Shown here: piece after piece, positions 14,472 to 26,872 of the stretch | How the letters are laid out: each line of letters begins with the position of its first letter | How positions within the stretch are numbered: position 1 is the stretch's first letter | Origin: Lytechinus pictus | Lineage: Eukaryota | NCBI RefSeq assembly: GCF_037042905.1 | Contig: NC_087251.1 | Span: 43,960,001 to 44,024,000 of the forward strand | Reading direction: 5' to 3' | DNA: 64,000 nucleotides | Notes under the pieces: generated by a model | The model's input: the letters and a program-made list of their open reading frames with translations, nothing else | Databases searched by the model: none | Told to the model about the DNA's origin: nothing | Made by a program: the position numbers and the translations under genes

Positions 14472-15547
14472 GGTCATGTGTTATGAGGGTGCCTACTTTT
14501 GCATCGCCTTTTTAACTTCAAAAGTTTCTATCTCACTATTACGTATACAACCTATGATACTTAAAGTATATATTTTTTTTAAGGAAATTGTTCAATGAAC
14601 CCAAATATGCACTCAGAAATAGCATTAGGTGTAAGGTGGAAGTGTAATATTGTGTTGAATAGAAAAATATTAATTTTCTAAGATCTCATATGCGATCATG
14701 ATAATTTGTATAATCCCCTATGACCAAAATACTCATATTTCTGTATAGTACAGAGTGAGACCTTTCTATCAATGTATAATTTTATTGGGTTTATGGGAAC
14801 TTATTATACATGTAATAAAAAAATAAGAAATGTATACATGTAGAGGTCTATTGTGTGCTCTATTTTTTCCTGCATTACCATTACATGGTCAATATGTCTA
14901 CTGTGTTTTCTGATTTTATGTATTAGACTACTTCTAAGATTCTCCACTCATGAATGTCTCTGACCTGTGTCATTTGACCTTTAAGATCTGTGACAAAATC
15001 AGGTATCACTGTCATCCTACAGAATAGTAGAAATCACATTGTCTGCTTTTACTAAAAACTATAATTAAATTAAGGATACACTGTAATACATGTAGTATAC
15101 ATACTTGTGTCAATACGGAAGAATTGTTGTGAAAAATGAGAAATTTTGACATTTTTTCTATTTCTTTTGACCTTGTTTTTTTTTTCATTTATGATAAACT
15201 TACTTTTCAATCAATCAGCAGTAAAGAAGAATGTTCTAGCTTTAATGTGATACCAAATTTATAGTTGGAAGTCAAGTTTTCACAAAAATATTAACGTTTT
15301 ACCCAAACTGACACAAAGTATTGAGAATACCCATTGACTTTGTGTTGGACTCAAGTTATATTTATCATAGAGCAATGAGAATTTAGATTATTAGCCAAAG
15401 AATTCAACTTTGAAATGATCAATATCAAACTTATTGGCATTGTTTCTTTCGTTCTGAAAATATTAAAGGAATAACTTGATAAATTAAGCAAAATACTGTA
15501 TGTAACAGCAGCGCCCTTTTTGATGGGCGACCTCTTGACACATGGCC
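14472..15547. mobile_element. ~1.1-kb degenerate DNA transposon inserted in an (ATT)n tract
   Basis: Imperfect TIR GGTCATGTGTTATGAGGGTGCC / GGCGACCTCTTGACACATGGCC, with ATT/TAG microsatellite on both sides. Confidence 0.55.
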
Positions 15548-15758
15548 ATTATTATTATTATTATTATCATCATCATCATATCATTATTATTAAAAAAATC
15601 TTGTTGCATTTCCTCTGAACATTGTCATGCAATATACTTCATAAAAGTCAGGATTTATTTACATTTTGTGGTTACATTTAATATTAATTTGTTCCCCCAT
15701 TTCTCCACTTTTCTTCCATGCCCTTTATTTGCTGACTCTGAATGATCAATCAATCCAG

Positions 15759-15768
15759 TCTTTGATGG
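15759..15768 (+). CDS. LCLAT1: LCLAT1 10-nt micro-exon (TCTTTGATGG = S-L-M + first base of E)
   Basis: ccag|TCTTTGATGG|gtaagt with a CTGAC branch-like motif at 15732-15736. Converts phase 0 (exon 1) to phase 1 (exon 3) and gives LPM-SLME-TLFG, colinear with vertebrate LPV-ALLE-TMFG as recalled. Confidence 0.85.
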
Positions 15769-16480
15769 GTAAGTTATTTTATAGTTGTACTGGTAAAAGC
15801 ATTTGATTTTTATTCGTATTATAGTCTAGACTCTAGAATGTAGAATTCTTGTCATGGATTTTTGATATAATTTCAGAAAATATTCATTACAACAGCAACC
15901 TGTATTCTGTTTTTCTTAGGATGCAAATTGATTTTAATGCTATATATGTCAGTACCAATTATTAAACATTTTTTTCTTTTATGAAAATAATTAATGTGGA
16001 TCAATGTTGATGTAATGATAATGATAATACAAACCATCAGTTTTGAGGAGTAGGTTATTTGTAGGCCTACGTCTGATATTAATGGACAATATTTGGCAGT
16101 CTTTTCAAATGTCTTGTCATCTGAATTAACACCTCATATCTGATTATTTATGTATTTATTCTAATGTCTCAAATAAACACTTGAATTTAATTTTAAAAAG
16201 CTTAAATTTTGCTCCCTCCCCCAAAGTACGTCCTTTCATCGTTGAACATTTTTATAGGGTGGACTTGACCTTTAATAATTTGAATGTTAAGAATCTCTAG
16301 AATTTTATAATGAATAAATTTCATATTTATCTATTTATTACAAATATACTGTAGTATAAGCATTTCATGCCGATGAATGTATGTTGAACGTGCATGATGT
16401 GCATTAATCTTTTCATTGTATATTCTTTATCTCTGCCATGTATTTTTATTCCATTTCCTATTGTGTGTTTTTGTTAACAG

Positions 16481-16669
16481 AGACCCTTTTCGGAACGCAA
16501 TTCAAAGCCATTGGTGACAAGCTGAAGCCGAACGAAAGAACTTTGTTCATCATGAACCATCGGACGAGGCTGGACTGGCTGTTCTTCATCGCTTGCTTGT
16601 TGAGACACACCCAGCCATCCAACCTTAAAATCATTCTTAAGAATCAGCTCAAATCATCTCCTTGTCTTG
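16481..16669 (+). CDS. LCLAT1: LCLAT1 coding exon 3, contains catalytic motif I NHRTRLD
   Basis: ttaacag| acceptor and G|GTAGGT donor. ETLFG...IMNHRTRLDWLF...LKNQLKSSPCLG contains the PlsC/AGPAT HX4D motif. Confidence 0.93.
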
Positions 16670-17492
16670 GTAGGTTCAACGACCGATCTTTTAAGAAGGA
16701 GAGGGAATTGTCATTGTTAGGTTGACATTGTAAAGGAAGTTCTTTCCTTTTTGAAAAAAAATAGAAAATCACTGATTTGTGTATTTCTGTATAGTGTGTC
16801 TATTTTGCATTTGTTCAAAAGTAAACCAGATATGTTTGAATAAACTTGCACATCATGGAAACCTCAATCGATTCAATGATGATTGTTTTGAATGACCCTA
16901 CCTTCATGGAATCAGCGTCAAATTCTGATCTAGAAATCTAATTTTGATGGGAAATGGTTGGAAGCAATCCTAGAGTGTTTTCCTTACGCTGCAATGCTTA
17001 TTTGGAACAGCAAAGTTTAATTAAAATGATTCAGACTTGTTTGACTTTATATTCCTTTCACATATGCTTTTGATGGTGTAGCTAACACTGGACACAACAT
17101 GTGGGAGCACAATATAATTAAATGAATGGGATTTTTCCAGTAATTTTTCTGATCTTCATTTGCTCATTACTAGAGCTGTAATTATAAATTTTCCTGAAAA
17201 AAACAATTTGGCAGATCTATATAATTTATTTATAAATTTTATAATTCTGTGTTACAATGTTTTTTTTCAATTCTGCCGTTTTATTTTTTTTTGTTATTAC
17301 CAGTACTTACCAGAGTTTATCTTTGATTCTGTCAGTCAGCATGCTTTGATTAGAGATACATGAATGCTTCAAATAAATTGAACACTAAAAAATGTGACTG
17401 ATGATTTCATTTTTTTTTAACAGTAGAACGTACATGTACAGTGAATGGTTTGATACAATATAAATTTGAATTGTGAATGTTCCGTTGTACAG

Positions 17493-17624
17493 GTTGGGCT
17501 ATGCAGGTAGCATGCTTTATCTTCTTAGCTCGTCAGTGGGCCAAGGATTGTGTGTGGTTGACTTCTGTGCTCAAGTACTTCTCAGAGATGCGTTATGACT
17601 TTCAGCTCCTTCTCTTCCCAGAAG
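17493..17624 (+). CDS. LCLAT1: LCLAT1 coding exon 4 (GWAMQVACFIFLARQW...QLLLFPE)
   Basis: gtacag| acceptor and G|GTAACT donor, phase 1-1. Carries AGPAT motif II (FIFLAR) and the start of motif III (FPEG). Confidence 0.93.
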
Positions 17625-17654
17625 GTAACTAGTGATCCTACTGTTATTTATCCT

Positions 17655-18690
17655 CTTCTGTCTCATTCTCCTCCCCACCCCTCACTATCCCATCCCACTC
17701 TGACTTCTCCTCTCACTCTACCTCACCTCCACCTCCCTTCTGCTCCCCCCTCCCTCCCTCCTTTCTCCCCCCCCCCCTTACTCTTTCTCCTACCTCATTC
17801 CTCCCCTCCTATTTTTTCTACCCCCTTCATCATTCCTCCCCTCCTTTGTACTCTCCTTCCCTTCGATCATTTCTTTTCTTCCTCCCCTCTTCACTTCTCC
17901 TCTCCTTTGCCCCCCTCCTTTGCCCCCTCCTTCCTCCACTTCTTTCTCACTTCCTTCCCCTCTCTTCTTTTACCCCTCCCCTCCCTCTTTCCACTCTCCA
18001 CTTCTACCCCTCCCCTCCTTCATCATCCCCTCATCCCCCCTTCCCCGCCCCTCCACTTCATTCTACTCTTCATTCATCCCCTCCTTGTCCTTTCTCATTC
18101 ACCCCCTTTTACCCCTCCCCTCCCTCATTCCCCCTTCCTCCTCTCACCCATTTTCTACCACTCCCCACCCTTATTTTTCCCCTCCTTCCTTATCTCTTCA
18201 TCCCTCTCCTCCACTTCATTCTACTCCTCCTCTTCATTCATCCCCTCCTTGTCCCTTCTCATTTACTCCCTTCTACCCCTCCCTCCTCTCCTCATTCCCC
18301 CTTCCCCTTGCCTCCACTTCCTTCTTCTCCCACCCCTTTCATACTTCCCCTCCTTCCTTCTCTCATCCATTCCCTTCTCCCCCATTCTTCCCTTCCTTCC
18401 TCCTCTCACCCATTCACCTCTTCTTCTTCTGCCCACCCTTATTCCTCCCCTCATTTGTCTTCCTCTTCTACCCCTTCCTCTTTCCTCCCCACTCTTTAAT
18501 CCTTCCCCTCCCTCCTTCTTCCCCTCCCTCCTTCTTCCCCTTCTTCCTCCCACTCTTCTCACCCTCACTTCTTTCCCTCCTCCTTCCTCCACTTCTTCTC
18601 CTCCTCCCCTTCGTTCCTCCCCTCTTTTTCCCCTCTCCACTCCCTTTTTAACACTCCTTCCCTCCTTCCTCCTTGCATCTACTCCTCTGA
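17655..18690. repeat. ~1-kb polypyrimidine (C/T) low-complexity tract in intron 4
   Basis: Almost exclusively C/T on the + strand, with internal duplicated blocks. Source of the spurious P/L/S/F ORFs. Confidence 0.95.
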
Positions 18691-19419
18691 CCCACCATTA
18701 TGTGTGACCACTTGTAGGTCATGTATTAATAGGTCAACTTTTTTTGTGATTTCTGATAATCTAGGAATCTTGATTGTTCAAACGATTCAATTGTTTACCC
18801 TGGTAAACAATCAAATAGCAAAAAGGTCCCAGGCCTGCTATCAAATCAACCCATTCCAGCTCCTCTCCTTATCATCCTCGTCTTAATTAGAGTTCTAAAT
18901 AAAGTACCATTTCATTTTGGTGGCAGTAATTTTTTAGTTTACCCCAATTGCTATTAAGAATAAGTTTGAATGCTCTTAAAGAAACGACTAGAGGACTTAC
19001 TTCTCAACATCCTCTCCCATGCACCTGGTAATAGTGTACTAGTGCATGACTTGGTATCAAACCTGGGTCATCAGATTACAAGACCACGGATCCACGAACT
19101 CTGCCATCATTTCTTCTTTCATATTATTTAATTCACTGTGAAAATATAATTGATAATGAAAAATAATTTAAATTGAAGTTCTCCTTGAAGAAGGTCATGA
19201 CATACACATGTGCTTGTGATATACGCGTGCCGGTGAGCTGAAATCTTGCAAAGTCTTTGGATGAGGAGCAAAGTGGACTTTGACTGTCCTTCTCTCTTTC
19301 TTGTGTTTGTTCTTATGATCAATTTCAGATTTGATATGCTACTGAAGTGCCTAGTACACATAGGTAGCAATGAAATGTAATCAGTTATTCAACTTTGAAA
19401 ACTGATGAGATATGTCTAT

Positions 19420-19895
19420 AGGCGGTTTCAAACCGCCTCGATCACAAGAATCCCCGTTAAATTACGAGAACATTTTTGGGCTAAAAAATACCCATTAATT
19501 ATTCCTGCATTCACACCGCCCCGAAACATACCCTTCGGGATAAATTCCTGAAGTTAGGAGTATGCGCAGTATGGTCTAATAAGCAGGCAAGGCGCGAGAT
19601 TCAAAACCACTAGCCCAGCAGCCACCCACGGCGCCCGTGCCCAACAACACGCTGGGCTAAAAGTTCCCGTAAATTGCTTTCACATTGCCAAAATACCTGC
19701 GACCTTGGAAAAATCCCCGCGAAAGTTCTCGTAATTTCGCCAAGTACCTACTATTTAGCGGGTATTTTCTTTCGGGGAAATTACGCGTAGTTTGCTTTCA
19801 CATTACCAAAATACCTGGTATTTTCTGATCGGGGTAAATTTCCCGATCAGAGAATACCTGGAACTGACGAACTTCGAGGCGGTCTGAAACCACCT
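19420..19895 (+). mobile_element. MITE family E, copy 1 (3-bp TSD TAT)
   Basis: TIR AGGCGGTTTCAAACCGCCTCGA / TCGAGGCGGTCTGAAACCACCT. Near-identical to 21552-22021. Confidence 0.9.
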
Positions 19896-20117
19896 TATGA
19901 ATCATTTTTCCGTCGATTCTCCAGGGTACTTGTAAATGAAATCAAGTTGATAAGATGCTATTATACATTGTGGTTAATAGTGTGAGAGAGATTGACAGGT
20001 AGTAGGGGGGGGGGGCAGGAACAGAATATTACTCAGTAGGCCCTTCAAACATTCTGCCGAAGGTTTATATTCAAAATTTGTAAATTCTGAAATTTGCGCC
20101 ATTCAAAGACATACTAA

Positions 20118-20517
20118 TACCCCTTTCATAAACCCAATAAAACCTATCCTCCAATTAGCCGCCTAAGAGTAATGCGGATAATTCAATAAAAATTGCGTTC
20201 ACAAACTCCGAAAATTATCCGCATTATTTTTACGAGCGCCCGTCCTGAAAAAGGCGGATAATCGTCATGACAACTGGACACGCCCCCTCCGATGCGGTTG
20301 TGTTGGAAAAGGGTGACCTTGTGACCGCACCATGGCAATTATCCGCATTATTTGGAAATATGTTCATAAACTCAAAATCTTGTCCCGATGCCGCTATTAT
20401 GTGGATAATAGCAGCATCAGAATAATGCGGATAACTCTTGTCCTCCTCTGATTTTACGACCAAATTATGCTGCTATTAGCCGTATAATTGGTTTTTATTG
20501 GGTTTATGAAAGGGGTA
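20118..20517 (-). mobile_element. MITE family A, copy 3
   Basis: Same TIRs as 11002-11399. TAA/TTA flanks. Confidence 0.88.
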
Positions 20518-20644
20518 TTATACTTCTCATTTTGTGTACCAACCACTTTTCTTCATACATGTACTATGTCAGTGGCGTAATGAGCAAAACATTTTGATGG
20601 GACCAGACTTGGCATATTTTTAGATAGGGTCAAAATTTGTATTA

Positions 20645-21131
20645 AACCAAAGCAAGCGAGCTGGCAAAAAAAAATTGGGCAGTGTACTGTATATTAATTG
20701 TTTGCATTTTCTACGTGTGTCTCCCCTCGGGGAGGCTATACCTGTATGAATATAATGATGATAAAATAACCAAAGCAAGCGAGCTGGCAAAAAAAATTGG
20801 GCAGTGTACTGTATATTAATTGTTTGCATTTCTACGTGTGTATCCCCTCGGGGAGGCTATACCTGTATGAATATAATGATTATAAAATTACCAAAGCAAG
20901 CGAGCTGGCAAAAAAAATTGGGTAGTGTACTGTATATTAATTGTTTGCATTTTATACGTGTGTCTCCCTTCGGGGAGGCTATACCTGTATAAATATAATG
21001 ATGATAAAATAACCAAAGCAAGCGAGCTGGCAAAAAAAAATGGGCAGTGTACTGTATATTAATTGTTTGCATTTTATACGTGTGTCTCCCTTCAGGGAGG
21101 TTATACCTGTATGAATATAATGATGATAAAA
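20645..21131. repeat. ~122-bp minisatellite, 4 copies, each with a GC-rich hairpin
   Basis: Units start at ~20645, 20768, 20889 and 21011. Preceded by a CAGTGGCGTA hAT-like end at 20570. Confidence 0.92.
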
Positions 21132-21551
21132 CATGGATTGTATTTGTAATATGGTGGCATTTCACCGTCTGTCTACATACAATCTATTCCAAAGATGAGG
21201 CGCGCTATTATTATGTTGATAGACTCCGTATCTTTTTGTGCAAGTACAACAGTAAAACATGGCTTATGTAATTAACATATAGAAGCTGGATGGCTTGATG
21301 CAAGACGTTCATTGTCTTTATAAAATTGTTTATTCCACTCCTTTTACAATTGTTTGATTGAAGAGCATTGACGCGGGAGATTACTCATTCTATACAAGCC
21401 GTTGAGGTGAGCATTGAATATTGTATTATGCTAATTCCATAAATACAAAGTCATATCACATTCTGTCCCGTGGAGTTTATCCACCCATATACCGTACCCA
21501 TGCATACCGTGAGACCTATTGCTCCTCACTATCCCAGGGAAAGCTGTACAT

Positions 21552-22021
21552 AGGCGGACCGCCTCGATCACAAGAATCCCCGTTAAATTACGAGAACATT
21601 TTTAGGCTAAAAAATACCCATTAATTATTCCTGCATTCACACCGCCCCGAAACATACCCTTCGGGATAAATTCCTGAAGTTAGGAGCATGCGCAGTATGG
21701 TCTAATAAGCAGGCAAGGCGCGAGATTCAAAACCACTAGCCCAGCAGCCACCCACGGCGCCCGCGCCTAACGACACGCTAGGCTAAAAGTTCCCGTAAAT
21801 TGCTTTCACATTGCCAAAATACCTGCGACCTTGGAAAAATCCCCGCGAAAGTTCTCGTAATTTCGCCAAGTACCTACTATTTAGCGGGTATTTTCTTTCG
21901 GAGAAATTACGCGTAGTTTGCTTTCACATTACCAAAATACCTGGTATTTTCTGATCGGGGTAACTTTCCCGATCAGAGAATACCTGGAACTGACGAACTT
22001 CAAGGCGGTCTGAAACCACCT
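21552..22021 (+). mobile_element. MITE family E, copy 2 (3-bp TSD CAT)
   Basis: Near-identical to 19420-19895, with a small deletion in the left TIR. Confidence 0.9.
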
Positions 22022-22615
22022 CATGTCTCTGGCTCTACAGTACATGTACCATGGCTTTACTCGTAGGTCCTTGGCTCTATGCATGAGTAAATACTGAGCT
22101 GATATTGAAACACAATGAAATATTAGCCTGTACATAGTTTATTTATCAGAAAGAATTTTTTTTTTAAACCACAGATCTATTACAGGTTTGAAAATGTGTA
22201 TCACATCACAAGTTAATTGTTAAAATACCTGGCGTTGTAACATCTGTAGATAAAGTACTCGTACTTTAAATTCATGTGATTCACAATACATGCAGCCAGC
22301 CATAAGCATTGGGATGTCACTGTTTAGCATCAATCCTGAGAGATTGGTCGACCACTTGCATCAACTCTAAATGCATTAATCAGAATGTTTCTCTTTCAAA
22401 GTGACTAAGTTAGCAATAATACACTTCAGTATTCCTGGGATCTCACATCTCCCTCTCACGTCCTTGGCTCTACTGATTTTAAATCCCTTTTCTTCCCTGC
22501 GCTGGGATTCATTGTTTAGCAAAATAATTCTTTTCAATAATTTTTCATTTTCATGTTCAACTCGTGCTACATGTATTTTAGAAAAAGTGATTGACCCACA
22601 AGCTGCTCTTAATAG

Positions 22616-22800
22616 CAGGGGTGTGAGAGTTCAGATTTTTATCTGATTTCAGATTTTTTTTGTTTTGATTTTCAGCTTAATTTCAGCTTATTTTTGGCCT
22701 TCCTCTGTACAAAAAGTATGGGAGCTCTTTCTATTTCAGACTTTTTCAACACTCTTCAGCTTTTTTCAGATCTTTTTATTTGTGACCACTCACACCCCTG
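22616..22800. mobile_element. Short hAT-like MITE (6-bp TSD TAATAG)
   Basis: TIR CAGGGGTGTGAG / CTCACACCCCTG flanked by TAATAG on both sides. Confidence 0.8.
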
Positions 22801-22854
22801 TAATAGTGAGTGCTTGTGGCACATGCTTTATGAAATGTACGTGTAGATTGTCAT

Positions 22855-23160
22855 CAGGGGTGGATCCAGGAATTTCCAAGGGGGGGGGCATTTAGTACAG
22901 GAAAAATTTGACAACCTCCCCCCCATAAAAAAAGATCTCCACTACCAAAATCAAGGTCATTTATTCCACAAAATAAAAATTGACAAGCAAAAATGTCTTC
23001 ACTCTTGAATTTATGTCATTTTGTTTCATGAACAATTTGACGAGCAAAAAAAAAAGGAAAAGAAAAAAAAGGTCCTCACATGCCTAGATGCATTACATAT
23101 TTCACTAAAAGGCACGGGCCGGATGTGCCGCGGCCCCTACCCCCTGGATCCACACCACTG
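22855..23160. mobile_element. hAT-like MITE (CAGGGGTGGATCCAGG type)
   Basis: Imperfect TIRs. Degenerate 8-bp TSD ATTGTCAT/ATTGCCCT. Confidence 0.7.
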
Positions 23161-23269
23161 ATTGCCCTACATATATACAGTTATCTTTAATTCAACAAGT
23201 AACCATGAAGCTATTAATAGCTTCATGATGTAACCAGGTACAGTGGGAGTCGGCAATCTTTATCTTTGA

Positions 23270-23719
23270 GGCTGTTCTCACTACGTTCCTAAAACTAGTT
23301 TAGTGGAAACTAGTTTAACGCGTAGTGAGAACGGTCAAAGCGGTCTTGGAAGCGATCTTCCAAACCAGTTTGGAAAACCACCTCGCGATGTACCGTAGTT
23401 TTCAAGATCGCTTTGCCTCGTTAAACTGGTTTTAGCGTAAGTGAGGACACAACCGTTCTTCTTGAAGCGATCTTCGCACATTTTGAGCGCGCTACTCCAC
23501 ACGACAGGTGGAGAATGCCTATTCTGCGGTTTCGAATTTCGCGCGAAACGTGTCACCCCACTGAGAGCGTTTCCATAGCAACAAGAGCGCTTTACGTGAA
23601 GTGATTTTGAAAACCACTTTCGTGTGATCAAGTGGGAACGCTAGCAAAGCGATCTTCCAAAGTGGTTTCCTGAATCGGTTTCCAGTAAACTAGTTTTAGA
23701 AAGCGTAATGAGAACGGCC
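23270..23719. mobile_element. MITE with long imperfect TIRs (PIF/Harbinger-like)
   Basis: GGCTGTTCTCACTACGTTCCTAAAACTAGTTTA / TAAACTAGTTTTAGAAAGCGTAATGAGAACGGCC. Confidence 0.8.
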
Positions 23720-24290
23720 ACTTTGTAATTGCACTGGACTCGACGCTTAGGGCCAGAAAAATAGAGTGACCAAGCCAGAAAAATTGATTTACTGGAACAT
23801 TACTTTTGTTCTGGCTCCAAGTGTAAAGTTGAGTGTCCATGTCAGATATTGTCAAAGATTGCTGACTGGGTCTGAAAATTTGTTCTTCATTTACATCATC
23901 TATGTCTATTTCAAAATCATCAATAATTTCAGAAGCCATAAAATGTGATGACGTAGTATCTGTAGCATCATTTTAATATCATTACGTTGTTACGGTTACT
24001 ATTAGGTCATGTCAATTGCCACTCAAGATCTTGTGAAGCCCTCCCCTTTAAAACCCTGTATATGGCTGCCAAAGTTCCATGCTTTCAGACATGTGACCCA
24101 GGATTCTTTATCTTCTTCTAGTTTTTAACCAAACTCTTCATGTTTGTACATGCATACATGCGTTGTAATACATGTTTTTTAATTTGTATAACCACCAGAA
24201 AATATGTTTTTATGTATATATGATTTGAACTGATCTCTGTAATCTGTGTAGGGATCTTGACAGTATCATATTGTGAAATTAATAGTAGAT

Positions 24291-24560
24291 GGGCAATTTC
24301 ATAAAATATCTACGTCCGACCCCCTATATGTGGGACCTTCATAGACATGTCTGTCTCTGATTTCTTGTTCTTTTGACAGTCTGTAATGCTCTCAAATGAC
24401 CACGATTTGGTCAGTTTATAAAGTGAAGTAAACTTGAGAGAAATTGGGATCGGACGTATAAAAAGTTTGGAAAGTCAAAAGGGGCCTAAGCTTTCGATCC
24501 TAGCAGAATCTTCGTCGGAGGCAAAATGACAAACATATAAATTATTTTATGGAATTGCCC
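24291..24560. mobile_element. MITE with GGG termini and 4-bp TSD AGAT (Sola2-like)
   Basis: TIR GGGCAATTTCATAAAATA / TATTTTATGGAATTGCCC, with AGAT on both flanks. Confidence 0.7.
24484..24522 (-). ncRNA. Minimal type-I hammerhead ribozyme-like motif (Penelope-like element fragment)
   Basis: Minus strand reads GCCU-CCGACGA-A-GAUUCU-gcu-AGGAUC-GAAA-GC-UU-AGGC. Identical to the copies at 54800-54883. Confidence 0.65.
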
Positions 24561-25446
24561 AGATGCAAGTTCAATAACCTCCTACTTGGAGATGTACGTG
24601 CATTTAATCGCTGGGTTGGGGTGTTAAAACCATGTATCTCAGAATTAAGATAAAGAATTGATGGCAGCTATGAAAAAATATATATTTGATTTTTAGAAAT
24701 ATGGAATGGTGACAACTTGTCTGAAAACAATCTCCTAGTTCCAGTAGAGAACACTTTCAGGCAAATGAAGGTTGCTATTTACATGTAGGTCTATGTCATA
24801 TTGAAACCTTGAAAATTGAGCTTTTTTGAGGTGTCCTCAAAATTTTCAAATTTGTGATACAAGCTTATAACACCCGAGTGACATATCTGATACATACATG
24901 TAGTTTTGTTTACTCTAATCCAATGTTCCAATCATGACATCTCCTGTTTCGTATCAATTCTCATATTTGAGCTTGTTCATTTGTAACAGACAAATCCATG
25001 GAAAGCACTAGGGGTCACCAGTGATACAGGTTTTAATTTTGTTTTTGTTTAATGCTGCAAATTGTTGAATGGAAAACTAATTGAGGAACCCAGGTCCATC
25101 CATAATGCAGTGCAGGGAAAAATATTGCATGGGGCTCGGGGCAATTTTGCTCCCGAAAATCTTTTTGTTCTTTGCCTGATATTGCAGCACTTGGAGAAAA
25201 AGACCAAATGATGTACAAATAAACAGGAATCGCTAGAGTGCAAGATAGTAGAATTAGAAGATTTCTCATATGATTTTTGGAAGGTGAAGGGAGAAAAAGT
25301 AACAAAGCAAATTTAGATAATTTTTATGTTTTATTCTGATATCATTTTTTTTGGGGGGGAGGATTAATGGAGAAAATATTGCTCCATAAAGTGTAAAGGT
25401 CACATTGCATTTTAGGAGGGGAAAAACACTTGCAAGACACAGTTTT

Positions 25447-25932
25447 ATGCTTTTCACACTGCATTTCCTTAACCCCGGACTATCCTTAACCTCATACTAT
25501 CCTTTTTTCGATTCACACTGTCTTCTTAACCCCATACTATTTGCTTAGCCGGGGTTAATGCCTTACCCCGAACTATCACACAACTCATGAATATTGATGA
25601 TTTTACCAGACAGAGCGCGATTAATGTGCAATTTCGACTTCTGTGATTGGCTAATGCTTAGCCCACTTTTCCTTAGCCCTGTTTCGTTTCACACTGCATC
25701 TCTTAGCACTGCAATTGTGGTGCTAGCACCACAATAAGCCGGCTAACCCTGCCTTTTTGCAGGGCCAGATAGTACCATACTATTTACCGTGCTCGCCCAC
25801 TTTGCCAAAACATAGTGTGAAAACGAAGTGGGAAGCTAAGCTTAAACCCCGGGAAATTGGTGGGGCTAAGACCTCCCCTTAGCCCCACCAATTTCTCGGG
25901 GTTAAGGACAAAAAGTGCAGTGTGAAAAGCAT
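25447..25932. mobile_element. MITE (TIR ATGCTTTTCACACTGCA)
   Basis: ATGCTTTTCACACTGCA…CCTTAACCCCG / CGGGGTTAAGG…TGCAGTGTGAAAAGCAT. Confidence 0.82.
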
Positions 25933-26231
25933 ATTTGCGTTATATTTATTTCTTCATTAAAATGACTTTGGATTTAAACCGGATTCTACCTGACCCTGAT
26001 CATATTGTGGGACTGCATACATATTTGACAGCAGTCCAAATAGAAGACACTTTGTACCTAAAAGTTTGGCTTACCTTCAGTCAGAAAAAAAGTTTGCCGT
26101 GGCCTTGTGACTGTTTACAATATCAATTATGAGGTGAAATTTCCTGTCAGACGCTACGATCCAGTCAGATAATACAATGGTGTGCTGGAATGGAAATTCT
26201 ACTGTATGATCAACCATATGTAGTCTACATA

Positions 26232-26872
26232 CAGTTGAGGCCAGAAGTTTACATACATTGTACACCCAGGAAATTCAAAGAATAGTAGACATTTGCCAAA
26301 TATCATAAAATTTACTATTTCTTATAAAATATCTGTGCTATCATGACGAATTTGATATCAAACAAATGAGTGTGTCATGCGCCTTTCATCACATTGCTTT
26401 GTCATCAGGAGCTGAAAAATATTTATATGTCATGTTTCCCCCCAAACTCTTTACATTTTGTTTTCAGACAAATTGAAAATAAAAACTTAACAAAAACATT
26501 TCATATTTGTGCTAGTTACTTCTCAACACAAACATTTCAGATTACACTTTTTGTTCAGTGGTGACATACATATATCATGATGAAAAAAATGTAATATAAA
26601 TCATAGATTTGACATTTATATATTTCTGTGAAACAATGTTTGAAAATATAATAAACAATAGAATACATTTGGCACAAATATTATTTTTTTCTAATCCCAA
26701 CTTCATCGCAATCATGTGAAAAAGGTTGATAGTTAAATACGCTCTTTCATTTGATACCAAATTCGTCATGGTAGAATTTATATAATTTCTGAAGATATTG
26801 TAAATTTTACGATGTGTGGCAAGCGAAGAAATTTCACAGGATTCCATGGGTGTACACTTTTGGCCTCAACTG
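26232..26872. mobile_element. Non-autonomous Tc1/mariner element (TA TSD)
   Basis: TA-CAGTTGAGGCCAGAAGTTTACATAC … GTGTACACTTTTGGCCTCAACTG-TA. Termini resemble Tc1-like/Sleeping Beauty ends. Confidence 0.88.

Noticed and set aside
17595..18707. 370-aa and overlapping Pro/Leu/Ser-rich ORFs
   Set aside because: Stop-free only because the tract is C/T low complexity. They lie in an LCLAT1 intron.
3018..20463. Three similar 72-77-aa ORFs (MVVKSEED…)
   Set aside because: They lie inside near-identical MITE copies and start at TTG. Similarity reflects DNA-level repeat identity.
20645..21131. Hairpin-containing array as CRISPR or hammerhead retrozyme
   Set aside because: Whole units are repeated with no unique spacers, and I found no CUGANGA/GAAA core on either strand.
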